From a virus (lineage: Duplodnaviria > Caudoviricetes), in IMG/VR virus record IMGVR_UViG_3300027693_000008, positions 1 through 45,511 of that record: a stretch of 45,511 bases of DNA; one strand, 5' to 3'. Positions 22,685-32,100 of this stretch are shown piece after piece (position 1 is the first letter of the stretch; each line of letters opens with the position of its first letter). Both the position numbers and the translations under genes were made by a program. The notes under the pieces are model-generated. The model searched no databases, was not told where the DNA came from, and saw only the letters and a program-made list of their open reading frames with translations.

Positions 22685-22987
22685 TTAGACCTGGCCAGTA
22701 TTCGTGAAGCGGATTAGCTCTTTCTCCGATAGCTCGCTCGCCAGGGTAGAAACCTTGAAGAAGTCGGGGACTGTCTTAGGACGTTGTTTCTTGTCCACCA
22801 TGGCGTCCCACGGCATTGAGATAGCAGCTTCCCGCTCGATTAGCGGGGCGATGTTCTCTAGGTAGGTGTGAAACTCCGCGAAGGTAAGTTCAAGGACTTC
22901 GGCGATCGGCATTCCGTAGTACCGACGAAGCCCTGCAATACATAGATCCCAGTCTACCGTTACGAGTTGCTGCTTTCCGCGTTTCCC
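22685..22987 (-). CDS. tail assembly chaperone GT (frameshifted C-terminal part)
   Basis: -1 frame is open from the GGGAAAC site through GKRGKQQLVTVDWDLCIAGLRRYYG into the MPIAEV ORF. Confidence 0.8.
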   Translation of the reverse strand, partial: GKRGKQQLVTVDWDLCIAGLRRYYGMPIAEVLELTFAEFHTYLENIAPLIEREAAISMPWDAMVDKKQRPKTVPDFFKVSTLASELSEKELIRFTNTGQV

Positions 22988-23307
22988 GAACCACCAGCTT
23001 CAGGCTCAGTCCCATTCAAAGCGTAGGACAGGATGCGCCCCAGATCGTCTCCCTTGAAGGACAAGTCTCCCACCTGTTCAGTCGTGATCCCCTCGTACCC
23101 GCCACGCCGCAACGAGCGGAACAGGATCTCGCGGATGAACGCCGAAGAGAACATATCGGCTGGATTCTTCGCCCTCATCATCTCTTTCGTTACGTCCACC
23201 CCAGTCACTTTCTCGATCTCAACGAAGTCGTTGAGGGTCAGAGGGCCAAACTCCATCTCCGCCACAGTAATCAGACTATGACCGTACTTCTGAAGCTCTT
23301 TAGCCAT
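22960..23307 (-). CDS. tail assembly chaperone G
   Basis: Start MAKELQK at 23307 after GGAGGAG; ends ...SGNAESSNS; upstream of tape measure. Confidence 0.8.
   Translation of the reverse strand: MAKELQKYGHSLITVAEMEFGPLTLNDFVEIEKVTGVDVTKEMMRAKNPADMFSSAFIREILFRSLRRGGYEGITTEQVGDLSFKGDDLGRILSYALNGTEPEAGGSGNAESSNS
22981..22987 (-). promoter_or_regulatory. programmed -1 ribosomal frameshift heptamer G-GGA-AAC
   Basis: X-XXY-YYZ pattern in the correct frame near the 3' end of G; -1 frame open. Confidence 0.85.
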
Positions 23308-23989
23308 TACACTCCTCCAATACCATGTAGAAGACTCCGATGTCTTCACCCACGTACTTCCCCTCTTCGCCAAAATCGCTGCTCGAAAGCAAGTCATTCG
23401 GCACCTCTACCAAGAATCCGAAATAGCCAGCCAATCTGACTAGCGAGTTGATTGGGATGCCAAATATCCCGCCTGGAAGGCAGACATCCATTGTGAGAAT
23501 CAGGCGACCACCTGGGTAAAGCCATGAGAGCATCTTCTCAATCAGTTCAAGGATGTCGCAATCTGCGATGTGCTCAAGTACCGATATGCAGAAGATGCGG
23601 TCGAACTTCTCTGTCGGCTCCCATTCGCGCGCGTCCGCCTGGACAAATTCGCCCCCATGATCGAGCAGGATGCCCTGCAAATGGCTTGACGGCTCGATAT
23701 CGAGGCTAAGTAGCCTTCGACAGTTATCAGCGAGCAAGACAGGCAAGGGAGAGAACCCAGAGCCAATATCCAGGCACGACGCCCCCGTGATCGGCAACGC
23801 CTCACAAAACGCCCACGGAAGCTCAAACTTGCGCGACCAGTGTTGGCTTGCCGTCAACTCAAGGTGTGGCGCATACCAGATACCGATCTTCCCGTCTATG
23901 TACCTAAGCGCCTTGCGCAGCCTCTCAAAGTCGTCGCCCTGCAACGACTCGGAGTACATCTCCCGCGTTAGAAATCCAGCCGAGTTCAT
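23300..23989 (-). CDS. class I SAM-dependent methyltransferase
   Basis: CLDIGSG motif I, FDRIFCISVLEHI, L.PGGRLILT. Confidence 0.9.
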   Translation of the reverse strand: MNSAGFLTREMYSESLQGDDFERLRKALRYIDGKIGIWYAPHLELTASQHWSRKFELPWAFCEALPITGASCLDIGSGFSPLPVLLADNCRRLLSLDIEPSSHLQGILLDHGGEFVQADAREWEPTEKFDRIFCISVLEHIADCDILELIEKMLSWLYPGGRLILTMDVCLPGGIFGIPINSLVRLAGYFGFLVEVPNDLLSSSDFGEEGKYVGEDIGVFYMVLEECNG

Positions 23990-24235
23990 CTATGGATTCT
24001 GATGATCGCAAGGGCCATAAGAGGAAATGAGGATATTTAGAACATAGTCCCATAGACCAGTAGCGCACGATGTCTCATACGAGGCGGCGAATAGGCGGCA
24101 AAGACGATCAGCCGTCTTCTCGTGAAGGCCAGTCAGTTCAGCGCCACTTCCGGCATTTTCCATTCTGCAAACAATCTGCGCCTTGATTCGTTCGCGCTCT
24201 TCGTTATCTGCAATACCATCCCACCAATTCATCAT
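23990..24235 (-). CDS. hypothetical protein
   Basis: Fills the gap between GT and MTase; ATGA overlap with the upstream gene. Confidence 0.55.
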   Translation of the reverse strand: MMNWWDGIADNEERERIKAQIVCRMENAGSGAELTGLHEKTADRLCRLFAASYETSCATGLWDYVLNILISSYGPCDHQNP

Positions 24236-24969
24236 CCCACCATCCGTACCCATTCTGGCAACCTCGCAAGGTCCGAGTCACGGTAGACGTGGAAGGCGGG
24301 ATAGTGAGTGTCAACCCACATCTCGTATCCAAGCACCGCCGCCCGCACCCCAAAGTGCCTATCCTCTCCCCAGAAAGTCAGGTTGGGGATTCGAGAGTAG
24401 TTGATGCCTGCAGCAAGTACCTCGTGACGGATCAGAAGCAGGCCACCGATGTACCCGACTCGATACTCTCCCGGCTCGCGCAACTTCTTCTCGGTGTCGC
24501 TCTTGAAGATATAGTCAGCAAAGTCCCAGGCGTTCGGCCTCTCTGGCTCGTTCGTCCGCCATTTCGTCCACAGAATCTCGCCACAGATCGGCTTTCGCAT
24601 TGAGACAAGCCGCTGAAGCGTCTCGGGCCGCAGTACCTGATCCGAATCACAGAAGAAGATGTCTCTATCATTCTTGCGGGCTTCGTCAATCAGACTATTC
24701 TTGGCGGCGGCTACTGTATCTACCGTCGATCCGCCCCACTGATGGGTGTGCTGGCCACGAATGACGGGTTCGTGTTCTGTCTCAACTACGTCAAACTCCG
24801 CCTGCGGGAGATACTTCCGCAGCAGTTCCGTTTCATATCCAAGCGGATTGTGAATGACAAACGAGTGGCAAACGGCCAGGTTCCTTGTGTCGAGATTCTT
24901 CAATCCCCACAGCCACGCCTCAAGCACCTTCGGCGTTTCCTGGTGGAAACAGGTAGAGACTTGGATCAC
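24232..24969 (-). CDS. GT-A/GT2-like glycosyltransferase
   Basis: FFCDSD (DxD), GGLLLI, WGEDRHF motifs; GTG start overlapping the upstream stop. Confidence 0.85.
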   Translation of the reverse strand: MIQVSTCFHQETPKVLEAWLWGLKNLDTRNLAVCHSFVIHNPLGYETELLRKYLPQAEFDVVETEHEPVIRGQHTHQWGGSTVDTVAAAKNSLIDEARKNDRDIFFCDSDQVLRPETLQRLVSMRKPICGEILWTKWRTNEPERPNAWDFADYIFKSDTEKKLREPGEYRVGYIGGLLLIRHEVLAAGINYSRIPNLTFWGEDRHFGVRAAVLGYEMWVDTHYPAFHVYRDSDLARLPEWVRMVG

Positions 24970-25616
24970 TTCTCCACCTTCCTCCCCAGAAGTTCCGCCA
25001 CCTGAAGCAACCCAACTTCCTTTAGGTGATCGCATGGCGTCTCAAAATCCACATAGACCTCAAACCCATGCTCGGCAAGCTGGCTGAAGAAGACGGTGTC
25101 CTCGCTGTGCCCTTCAGTATGCCACTCATCCGTCTCTTGCCAGAAGAAACAGCCAGGCGGCATGGCTCTTAGCACGTCGGCCTTCATCAAACAGAAGGAC
25201 AGCGTCCCGATATCAACCTTCTGCAATCCATGCCAGTTCTTCGGATCGACAACCTTGAACCCCTCATCCACTCGATTCCACGCCACGAAGAACGGGCCGA
25301 AACTGCGCCAGGTATGTACCGCCCCGCAAACAACATCCTTGTCGTGGGCGATGAACTTCTCCAGAGCATCCTCGGGCGGGATCGTGTCGCTGTCACACCA
25401 CAGGACGTAGTCAAAATGCATTGATTCGTCCTGGCGCATGAACTCTCGATGCAGGAAGTTCCTCGCCCTGTGATGAGGGCTGACGCGCATGGCGGGAGCA
25501 ACTTGCCACTTGTACTTCCCGCTCGTAATCCACTGCATGAGGTGAATGAACAACACCTCATGGATGTACCCCATGCTCGGCCTAGCAAGAAAGATAACCG
25601 GCTTTTTGTTCTCCAC
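24966..25616 (-). CDS. GT-A/GT2-like glycosyltransferase
   Basis: ARN, LWCDSD (DxD), SEDTVF, C-terminal H.K motifs. Confidence 0.85.
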   Translation of the reverse strand: MENKKPVIFLARPSMGYIHEVLFIHLMQWITSGKYKWQVAPAMRVSPHHRARNFLHREFMRQDESMHFDYVLWCDSDTIPPEDALEKFIAHDKDVVCGAVHTWRSFGPFFVAWNRVDEGFKVVDPKNWHGLQKVDIGTLSFCLMKADVLRAMPPGCFFWQETDEWHTEGHSEDTVFFSQLAEHGFEVYVDFETPCDHLKEVGLLQVAELLGRKVEK

Positions 25617-25659
25617 CCCGACCCCCTACAGACTGAACATTGAATGTTGAAACTGCGCA

Positions 25660-25679
25660 GAGGGGGCCGAAGCCCCCTC
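25660..25679 (-). terminator. cUUCGg hairpin after tail tube genes
   Basis: GAGGGGGC-TTCG-GCCCCCTC; no strong U-tract. Confidence 0.55.
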
Positions 25680-25689
25680 CGGCAATTCG

Positions 25690-26091
25690 CTACGAAGTGT
25701 GGTAAACGAGAGCGCCAATCCCCGACAGAGTCGCCGAGAACGTCCCAGACGAATCAACAGCAGTCGTCGGACTAATGGTTACGACGGTCGCACTCCCAGA
25801 GAAGTAGATCGTCCCAGTCTCGTTGATGTAGAACTTCACTTCCGACTGTGCGCCAATAGCAGTCCACAGCACATTCCATTGGGTTGAGTTATCGCATTGA
25901 CCCTCAACCGTTCCAGACCAAGACTTCAGTCCGCCAACAGTAGTCCGCCAGCCAGTATCTCCGAATCCTGTGGTGTCAACCTCTTCAGCATTGACATCAA
26001 CAGACCAGGTTCTAACCTTGGAATACTCCAGCGGCGAACCACCGCTCGCAGCGATGTAGAAGGCTCCATTAACGCCACTAACAGCAGCCAT
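25690..26091 (-). CDS. major tail tube protein, copy B
   Basis: WSVD...EEVDTT.FGD.GWRT.VGGLKSWSGT.EG tail-tube signature. Confidence 0.85.
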   Translation of the reverse strand: MAAVSGVNGAFYIAASGGSPLEYSKVRTWSVDVNAEEVDTTGFGDTGWRTTVGGLKSWSGTVEGQCDNSTQWNVLWTAIGAQSEVKFYINETGTIYFSGSATVVTISPTTAVDSSGTFSATLSGIGALVYHTS

Positions 26092-26100
26092 GGTCCCCTC

Positions 26101-26502
26101 CTACGAAGTCGTGTAAACCAATGCACCAATGCCCGACAGCGTTGCCGAGAAGGTGCCCGAAGAATCAACGGCAGTCGTCGGACTGATCGTTACGACAGTA
26201 GCAGACCCGTCAAAGTAGATCGTCCCGCCTTCAGTAATGTAGAACTTAACCTCGACTTGCTCGCCGATGTTCTCCCACAGAACGTTCCAGCCGGTCGATC
26301 CATCACACTGGCCCTCTACAGTCCCCGACCAGGACTTCAATCCGCCGACAGTCGTTCGCCATCCGGTGTCACCGAATCCGGTGGTATCAACCTCTTCTGC
26401 GTTGACATCCACGGACCAAGTACGCACCTTGGCGAACTCGGCAGGCGTGCCGCCCGTATCGGCGACGTAGAACGCCCCATTCACTCCGCTTACAGCGGCC
26501 AT
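26101..26502 (-). CDS. major tail tube protein, copy A
   Basis: Same signature; 116/133 aa identical to copy B by manual alignment. Confidence 0.85.
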   Translation of the reverse strand: MAAVSGVNGAFYVADTGGTPAEFAKVRTWSVDVNAEEVDTTGFGDTGWRTTVGGLKSWSGTVEGQCDGSTGWNVLWENIGEQVEVKFYITEGGTIYFDGSATVVTISPTTAVDSSGTFSATLSGIGALVYTTS

Positions 26503-26511
26503 GTGTTCCTC

Positions 26512-26958
26512 CTAAGTCTTATCGCAAACCGCCCGGTACAAGGCGTTCAGATTCCAGATGTCACTCTCGTCCACATAGGGACCGGTGATTGAGTTACGAA
26601 ACTCCCGATGAAACTGTCTCAGAACCCAGCCGGAAAGGGTTAGGCTGCATCCATCATAGACGGTCTCAAGGAGCTTGAGGATGTTCTCTGCCTCGGTCGA
26701 AGTCGCGCTCGCTGAGAGGATCTTGAACATGATCGGTACGGTCTCGACCGAAGGAGAGAAGCCCTGCCCGAGATAGTAGTCACCATCGCTCGGGAGTGGG
26801 TAGTAAATGATGATCGGATAGTTCTCTTGCGTGACGCCAGCGGGAGGCTTGACCCAGTACATGCCGCCCGACACCGCTGTCTTGAAACCAGTCGTGTCGC
26901 CACTATACTTGGCATAGAGTTGCGTCTTTAGCTGCCGCTGAATGAGTTCGTTAGCCAT
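26512..26958 (-). CDS. tail terminator/completion protein
   Basis: Position upstream of tail tube; P....YP.I.Y motif. Confidence 0.65.
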   Translation of the reverse strand: MANELIQRQLKTQLYAKYSGDTTGFKTAVSGGMYWVKPPAGVTQENYPIIIYYPLPSDGDYYLGQGFSPSVETVPIMFKILSASATSTEAENILKLLETVYDGCSLTLSGWVLRQFHREFRNSITGPYVDESDIWNLNALYRAVCDKT

Positions 26959-27352
26959 TGCCCAGCCTTACTTCGCCAACCTCTACGTTTGGAAAGTCCT
27001 GCGCGAGGTGATATCCAGTTGTCGCCAGATGATGTCTGCCGTACAGCCCGGCCTCTTTACCGGCAGGGCCGTTCTCCTGGAACCATCCATAGTTCTTGCC
27101 GTCCGACTTGCGGTGCGCGTCTATCACAACAAAGGCTTGCGACGGGCCTGCGTGTCCGGCCACAGCGTCATCACTATTCGGATAGACGGCGCGGATGTGC
27201 ATGTCTAGTTCGCCCGTGTCTCTGTATTGTGCGGCAAGGCGCTGCGCCTCGATCTGCCCCTTGGTCGCCGCCGCAACGAGCGATTCCTGGGCCTTAGCGA
27301 GAAGCGCCGCCAATAACGCCCTCTCCGTGCCGGGAAGAAACGTGATGGGCAT
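26951..27352 (-). CDS. HK97 gp10-like tail-completion protein
   Basis: Start MPITFL at 27352 (TAATG coupling); DTGEL...I and Y..FQE.G motifs. Confidence 0.6.
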   Translation of the reverse strand: MPITFLPGTERALLAALLAKAQESLVAAATKGQIEAQRLAAQYRDTGELDMHIRAVYPNSDDAVAGHAGPSQAFVVIDAHRKSDGKNYGWFQENGPAGKEAGLYGRHHLATTGYHLAQDFPNVEVGEVRLGNG

Positions 27353-27597
27353 TACTGCGCCCCCCGCTTGGCCATCCACGTATGCTGTCCATCCTGCCAG
27401 TACACCTGCGCATTGCAACGGAAACAATCGAGTTCTTTCTGAAGCTCTCTTGCCAGCGAAGCAGTCCATGTCGGCATACGCACAACAACCGCCGCTTCTT
27501 CCGTCTTGGAGACGTGTCGGTACGATCGAACGCGCCTAAGCTCCTTGACGATGCCCCGCATCATTTCCACTTCGCGCTCGGCATCTAGGTCGCGCAT
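27352..27597 (-). CDS. hypothetical protein flanked by 16-bp direct repeats
   Basis: Start MRDLDAE at 27597 (TAATG coupling). Confidence 0.55.
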   Translation of the reverse strand: MRDLDAEREVEMMRGIVKELRRVRSYRHVSKTEEAAVVVRMPTWTASLARELQKELDCFRCNAQVYWQDGQHTWMAKRGAQ

Positions 27598-28004
27598 TAC
27601 TGCGCCCCCGTCTTCAATCGCATGTGAACCAAGTACAGATCCACCGCCGCCTTGTGCCCAACATACTGATATGTCTGCGAGGCATAGGTACACTCATCAT
27701 CGTCAGTTGGGGCCGTGGTCAACGAAGCCTGCGCGAACAGCACTTGGATGTCGCTCCGCTCCACATTCTGTACGTTGGCAACGACATTCCAGTTGAAGCC
27801 GCCGACAAGGGCGTCTGTGATGGTCGCCGTCTGCGTCCAAGTGAACGTGCCGTCGTATGTGTCTGGATCGTATGCCTGCCCGGTCTTCGGCCCCAGGTAA
27901 TACACAATCGACGCAGGAGCGAGGTCCGAACAGCCAATCCCCTCCGCCGTGTCGCGGAGTTCGGCAAGAACGGCAGGGCCTAAAGATGTGACTAGAGTGT
28001 TCAT
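27597..28004 (-). CDS. putative head-closure/head-tail joining protein
   Basis: Size and position; YDPDT and P..DD motifs. Confidence 0.6.
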   Translation of the reverse strand: MNTLVTSLGPAVLAELRDTAEGIGCSDLAPASIVYYLGPKTGQAYDPDTYDGTFTWTQTATITDALVGGFNWNVVANVQNVERSDIQVLFAQASLTTAPTDDDECTYASQTYQYVGHKAAVDLYLVHMRLKTGAQ

Positions 28005-28012
28005 CTACGTCC

Positions 28013-28041
28013 TTGACTTGGCTGCGCTAGAGCGATATTAT
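28013..28041 (+). promoter_or_regulatory. sigma70-type promoter
   Basis: TTGACT-N17-TATTAT followed by AAGGAGG and ATG. Confidence 0.7.
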
Positions 28042-28062
28042 GCTGATAGTGAAGGAGGAGAT

Positions 28063-28401
28063 ATGACCAACGACCGCTACGCTGCGGAACAGATCGTAAG
28101 CGCATTCATAGCAGAGGCGATGGTCCCATTCCAAGACTTCGAGCTGCGCCTAGAAGACGACCGAGCGCGGGAGGTATGTGCTTGGCTTGAGGATGAGATT
28201 GATGCCGCGCTGAAGAGCAGGACAATTGAGAACGAGGCCCAGGCGGAAGAGCTACGCAAGCTCAGAGCGGCATGGGTCGGATACCGCCTCGTCCCGCTGG
28301 AAGGGCTACAAGAGATTGCGGATCTCTTTGAGGAAGAGAAAATGCGCGTCCCGGACTGGCTGGCCGCCGCCATCGCAGGGAAGGAGACTACAGATTCGTG
28401 A
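28063..28401 (+). CDS. counter-oriented hypothetical protein (moron-like)
   Basis: Own promoter and RBS; start MTNDRY; acidic helical protein. Confidence 0.75.
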   Translation: MTNDRYAAEQIVSAFIAEAMVPFQDFELRLEDDRAREVCAWLEDEIDAALKSRTIENEAQAEELRKLRAAWVGYRLVPLEGLQEIADLFEEEKMRVPDWLAAAIAGKETTDS

Positions 28402-28810
28402 ACTCGTCGCCCGAGTAATCCTCGAAATCGGCCTCTGTATTGGCCGTCGTCAGTTCGTGGTCAGTGTAGTCGCGCCCGTACTTGTCGATCTTGAGTTGCA
28501 GTTGCGTCATCTGCATCCCGGCATCAGCCCTTGCAATCTCTCTGTACTCCTTCGCGAGGGAGCCAAGCGCGTCTGACTGATCCATCGCGCTGATCGAGAC
28601 TTCCCCGAATAGGCGGACGCTAATGAGCTTTTTGAACGAGGCCCTTGCAGATTCTAGCAGAATAGCCGCCGCGTCGAACACATTCTCCGAAGCAAGCGTC
28701 AATGCGGCGTCAACCTCATCGTCTTCCCACGTATAGCCAGTGGCTGACGTGTCAGAGACGAGGAGACGGGCCTTGCCCCTGTTCGTGGTGACGGAGTACG
28801 TGAATGCCAT
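28388..28810 (-). CDS. head-tail adaptor protein
   Basis: FTY...GKARLLVSDT....WEDDEV..AL motif of head-tail connector proteins. Confidence 0.7.
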   Translation of the reverse strand: MAFTYSVTTNRGKARLLVSDTSATGYTWEDDEVDAALTLASENVFDAAAILLESARASFKKLISVRLFGEVSISAMDQSDALGSLAKEYREIARADAGMQMTQLQLKIDKYGRDYTDHELTTANTEADFEDYSGDEFTNL

Positions 28811-28812
28811 GG

Positions 28813-29091
28813 TTACTCGAAGATAATCGAGATCGTGCCGATGTTCGTCTGGTCAATGTACAGCGCCGTTGGGAACTTGAACCCCACCGGGAACTCATAC
28901 CTAGTCGTCGCCCCCGCCGTCGCCAGCACCGAGTCATACCATTGCTGCGTCCCGCCGACTCCATCTAGAAACGACACGGTCCCTGCATTTGCCCCATTCG
29001 AGACAATGACGTAGCCCCACAGGCGACATGGACCCGCAGAGGCCGTTCCGTCAGTCGTGGCAACGTAGTAGTTCAGATCGCCTGGAAACAT
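28813..29091 (-). CDS. small putative virion protein
   Basis: G..F.T.LY C-terminal motif; located in the head module. Confidence 0.55.
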   Translation of the reverse strand: MFPGDLNYYVATTDGTASAGPCRLWGYVIVSNGANAGTVSFLDGVGGTQQWYDSVLATAGATTRYEFPVGFKFPTALYIDQTNIGTISIIFE

Positions 29092-29161
29092 GATTCTCCC
29101 GTTTGCTCAATGTAGAATTGCTTATAGTGACGCTGCTTGCTAACCGAGTTGCGCGTGAAGG

Positions 29162-29183
29162 GGGAGGGGCCGAAGCCCCTCCC
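29162..29183 (-). terminator. cUUCGg hairpin
   Basis: GGGAGGGGC-TTCG-GCCCCTCCC. Confidence 0.55.
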
Positions 29184-29198
29184 GCATTCAGTCGTGTG

Positions 29199-32100
29199 CT
29201 AATCCTCGTAAGTAACCTCGAACTCGACCGCCCAAATCGGGTTGTTGGTCGAGCCTGTGTCGTTCGTGACACAGATACCGATGAGGTCGCCCGGATCGGC
29301 TGCGATGGCCGTCCCCAGCGTGAACTTGTCGTTCAACTGGGATGCCGTCCAAGTCTGCGCCGCCGAGAACACCATGTCCGTGAAGTTGCCGACGATGAAG
29401 ACGATGGCCTGGTCGTGAACCGTCGCGTGCATGTTCGTCACGCGCACCTTCGTGATCTCCAGTTTGAACGGAGCGGAGAAGGTGTCGGCGTTCGGGATAG
29501 CGATGAACGGCTCGTCATGGTTCGTGCCGTCAATCAGCGGCGTCTGAGTCAACTGCGCCGCCGTGATGACATACTTGACCCAATACGCGGCCTGCCCATC
29601 GTAGGTTGCCGTAACCCAATCGGCGGGCGGAACGAACGTAATCGCCCCGGTGCGCTGCAAACTGCGCAGCCCGTCATAGGCCGTCAAGTCAGTATTGTCG
29701 AAAACCGTTAGATCAGACCACGTACCAGCGCCTGTGCTATACTGCCACTTAGCGCCATCGCCGCCCCAAGTCGCCAGCGCACCAGCCGCCGTTGCCAGGT
29801 CGTCAAACACGACCTCGCAGAACTTGGTAGCGAAGCCAACAGCGAACGCATCGCCAGCCTCTTCGGCATCAGCGTCAGGGAGCAACTGATAGTTAGCAGC
29901 CCAGTCCGCGCCAGCCGTAAGCAGCGCCGACGTAGCGAGAGCGTCCCAGGTCGTTGTGCCAACGTCATAGACAAGCACGAAGACATCATCCGTAGCGTTC
30001 GTGTAGGTGTGCGTCGTGATGTCAGGCGCTCCACCAACAAGCCCACCGCCATTCGTCCCTGCGCCGTCCGTGTCCTCGCCGCGTAGCCCGCCCGCAAACG
30101 GAAGGGTCGTGGTAAAGGTGTTCGTCACAAGGAAGTCAGCCGTGACGTCTACAAAGTCCGGGATATTGATCGTCGGCAGAGTCGCCGTCTGGTTATCCGA
30201 ATCGACAATCACGTCCTCGCTGCCATCGTCAACAATGAAGGTATCCGCTTTGACTGGGCTCGCTGCATCAATCGCATGGTCCCATCCGGCACCAATCGAG
30301 ATGAAATCTTCGACCGCTGCCGTGCCCGTCATTGCGCCAGCGCGAACACCATAGGTGCTGACAGTATCGTCACCCGTAATCGCAGCAACGTCAATCAGCG
30401 CCAGAGCGTTCGTGCCGTTCGTGGCCGCACCAATCGTCGGAGCGAAGTAGATACCACGATAAGTGCTCGTGGCCCCACCCGTCGCATAGATCGGAGTCGT
30501 GAACGTGAGGTCAACCAGGTTGACCGTGTTCGTCACCGTCGGAATTGCTACCGTCGGACTAATGTCAAAGAAGATCGAGGTTGGAGTTCCGCTCGCATGA
30601 ACCGGCACCGAACCCGTGATCGAGGCGTAAGTCATGTTCGACCCAGCCGCAGCATCGAGAGCATCAACGACAAGCCCAACACCAGCCGTACCGGTCGAGA
30701 TCGTGGCCGACGTTGCCGCAGTGAACGCCAACGTGCCGACAGCCTCGTCAATGACAAGGTCGCCAACCGTCATGGTGTCGTTTACATCGGCGTCGTCCGT
30801 TGATGCCAGGTCTTCCGCCGACAGCGTTGAACTCGACACAAACGGAGAGGCAAGGTCGATCGCTCGATCCCAGCCAGTACCGATTGAGATCCCGTACTCG
30901 ACTCCGGCCCCAGCCGTCATCGCTCCAAGCCGCATACCATAGATGGCAACAGAGTCATCGCCAGTAATCGCAGCCACGTCAAACAGCGCGACCGTGTTCG
31001 TCCCGGCACTCGCATTCCCAATCGTGGGGGCAAAGTAGAGGCCACGGATCGTGCTAGTAGCCCCGCCAGTAGCCCATGCAGGAGTCGTGAACGTCAAGTC
31101 CGCGAGATTGACCGTTGTGTTGACGGTGTTGATCCCGAACGTCGGGTTGAAATCAAGGAAGATGTCCGTCGGGGTTCCAGCAGCATGAGTCGCCTGCGTA
31201 GCCGTCATCGACAGTACAACGCTATTCGACCCAGACGCTGCCATGGTCGGCTGAATGTCAATTCCAGAGCCAGCTGTCGTGTTCTGAATGTCTCCGCCAT
31301 CAATCGTAATGTCAGAGTCAATCTGTAGCGCGCCAGCCGTTGTCAGCGTCAGAAGTTCCGTGGAATCATTCGTCAGCGAGAAGTTGTTGCCATTCGCCAC
31401 CGACTTGATGAACCACGAATCAGCCGCATCGCCGCCCGCATCAGCATCGAGCAAGATCACCGCATCCGAGGTCGTGTTATGGTCAGCCCCAACAATCGTA
31501 ACTTGCGCCCCAGTAGCATCGTCCGAAGTGATCGTTACGACACCGTCTGAAGCGTTCGCAATTGCCTCATCGTTCGCCAGAATGACCGACGCCTGAACGT
31601 CAATGGAGCTTGCCGAGTTCAATCCGATGTCCCAGCCAGCGCCAATCTCAATAGCGTTCTCCGTAGCGCCAGTCCCAGTCATCGCACCAAACCGCAAGCC
31701 ATAGAGGCTCACCTGCGCATCGCCAGTGATCGCCGCCACGTCGACAAGGGCAATCGTATTCGTCCCGTTCGTCGCAGCACCAACCGTAGGCGCGAGATAA
31801 ATACCGCGCAAGGTGCTCGTTGCCGCACCCGTTGCCCATGCCGGGCTAGTGAAGGTAAGGTCAATGAGATTAGCCGTCGCCGTGGCCGTATTGATGCCCA
31901 GCGTCGGTGTGATGTCTAGGAAGATGTCCGTAGGCGTTCCACTAGCATGGGCCGGAACAGACCCAGTGATTGACACATAGGTCTGCGACGTTCCAGCCGC
32001 AGCATCGCCCGCATCGAGAACAATGTCTCCGCCAGCCGGAGTAACAACCGTCAGAGATGTTGCACTCCCGCCCGCTACAAGACGAGCAGCCGTCGTGCCC

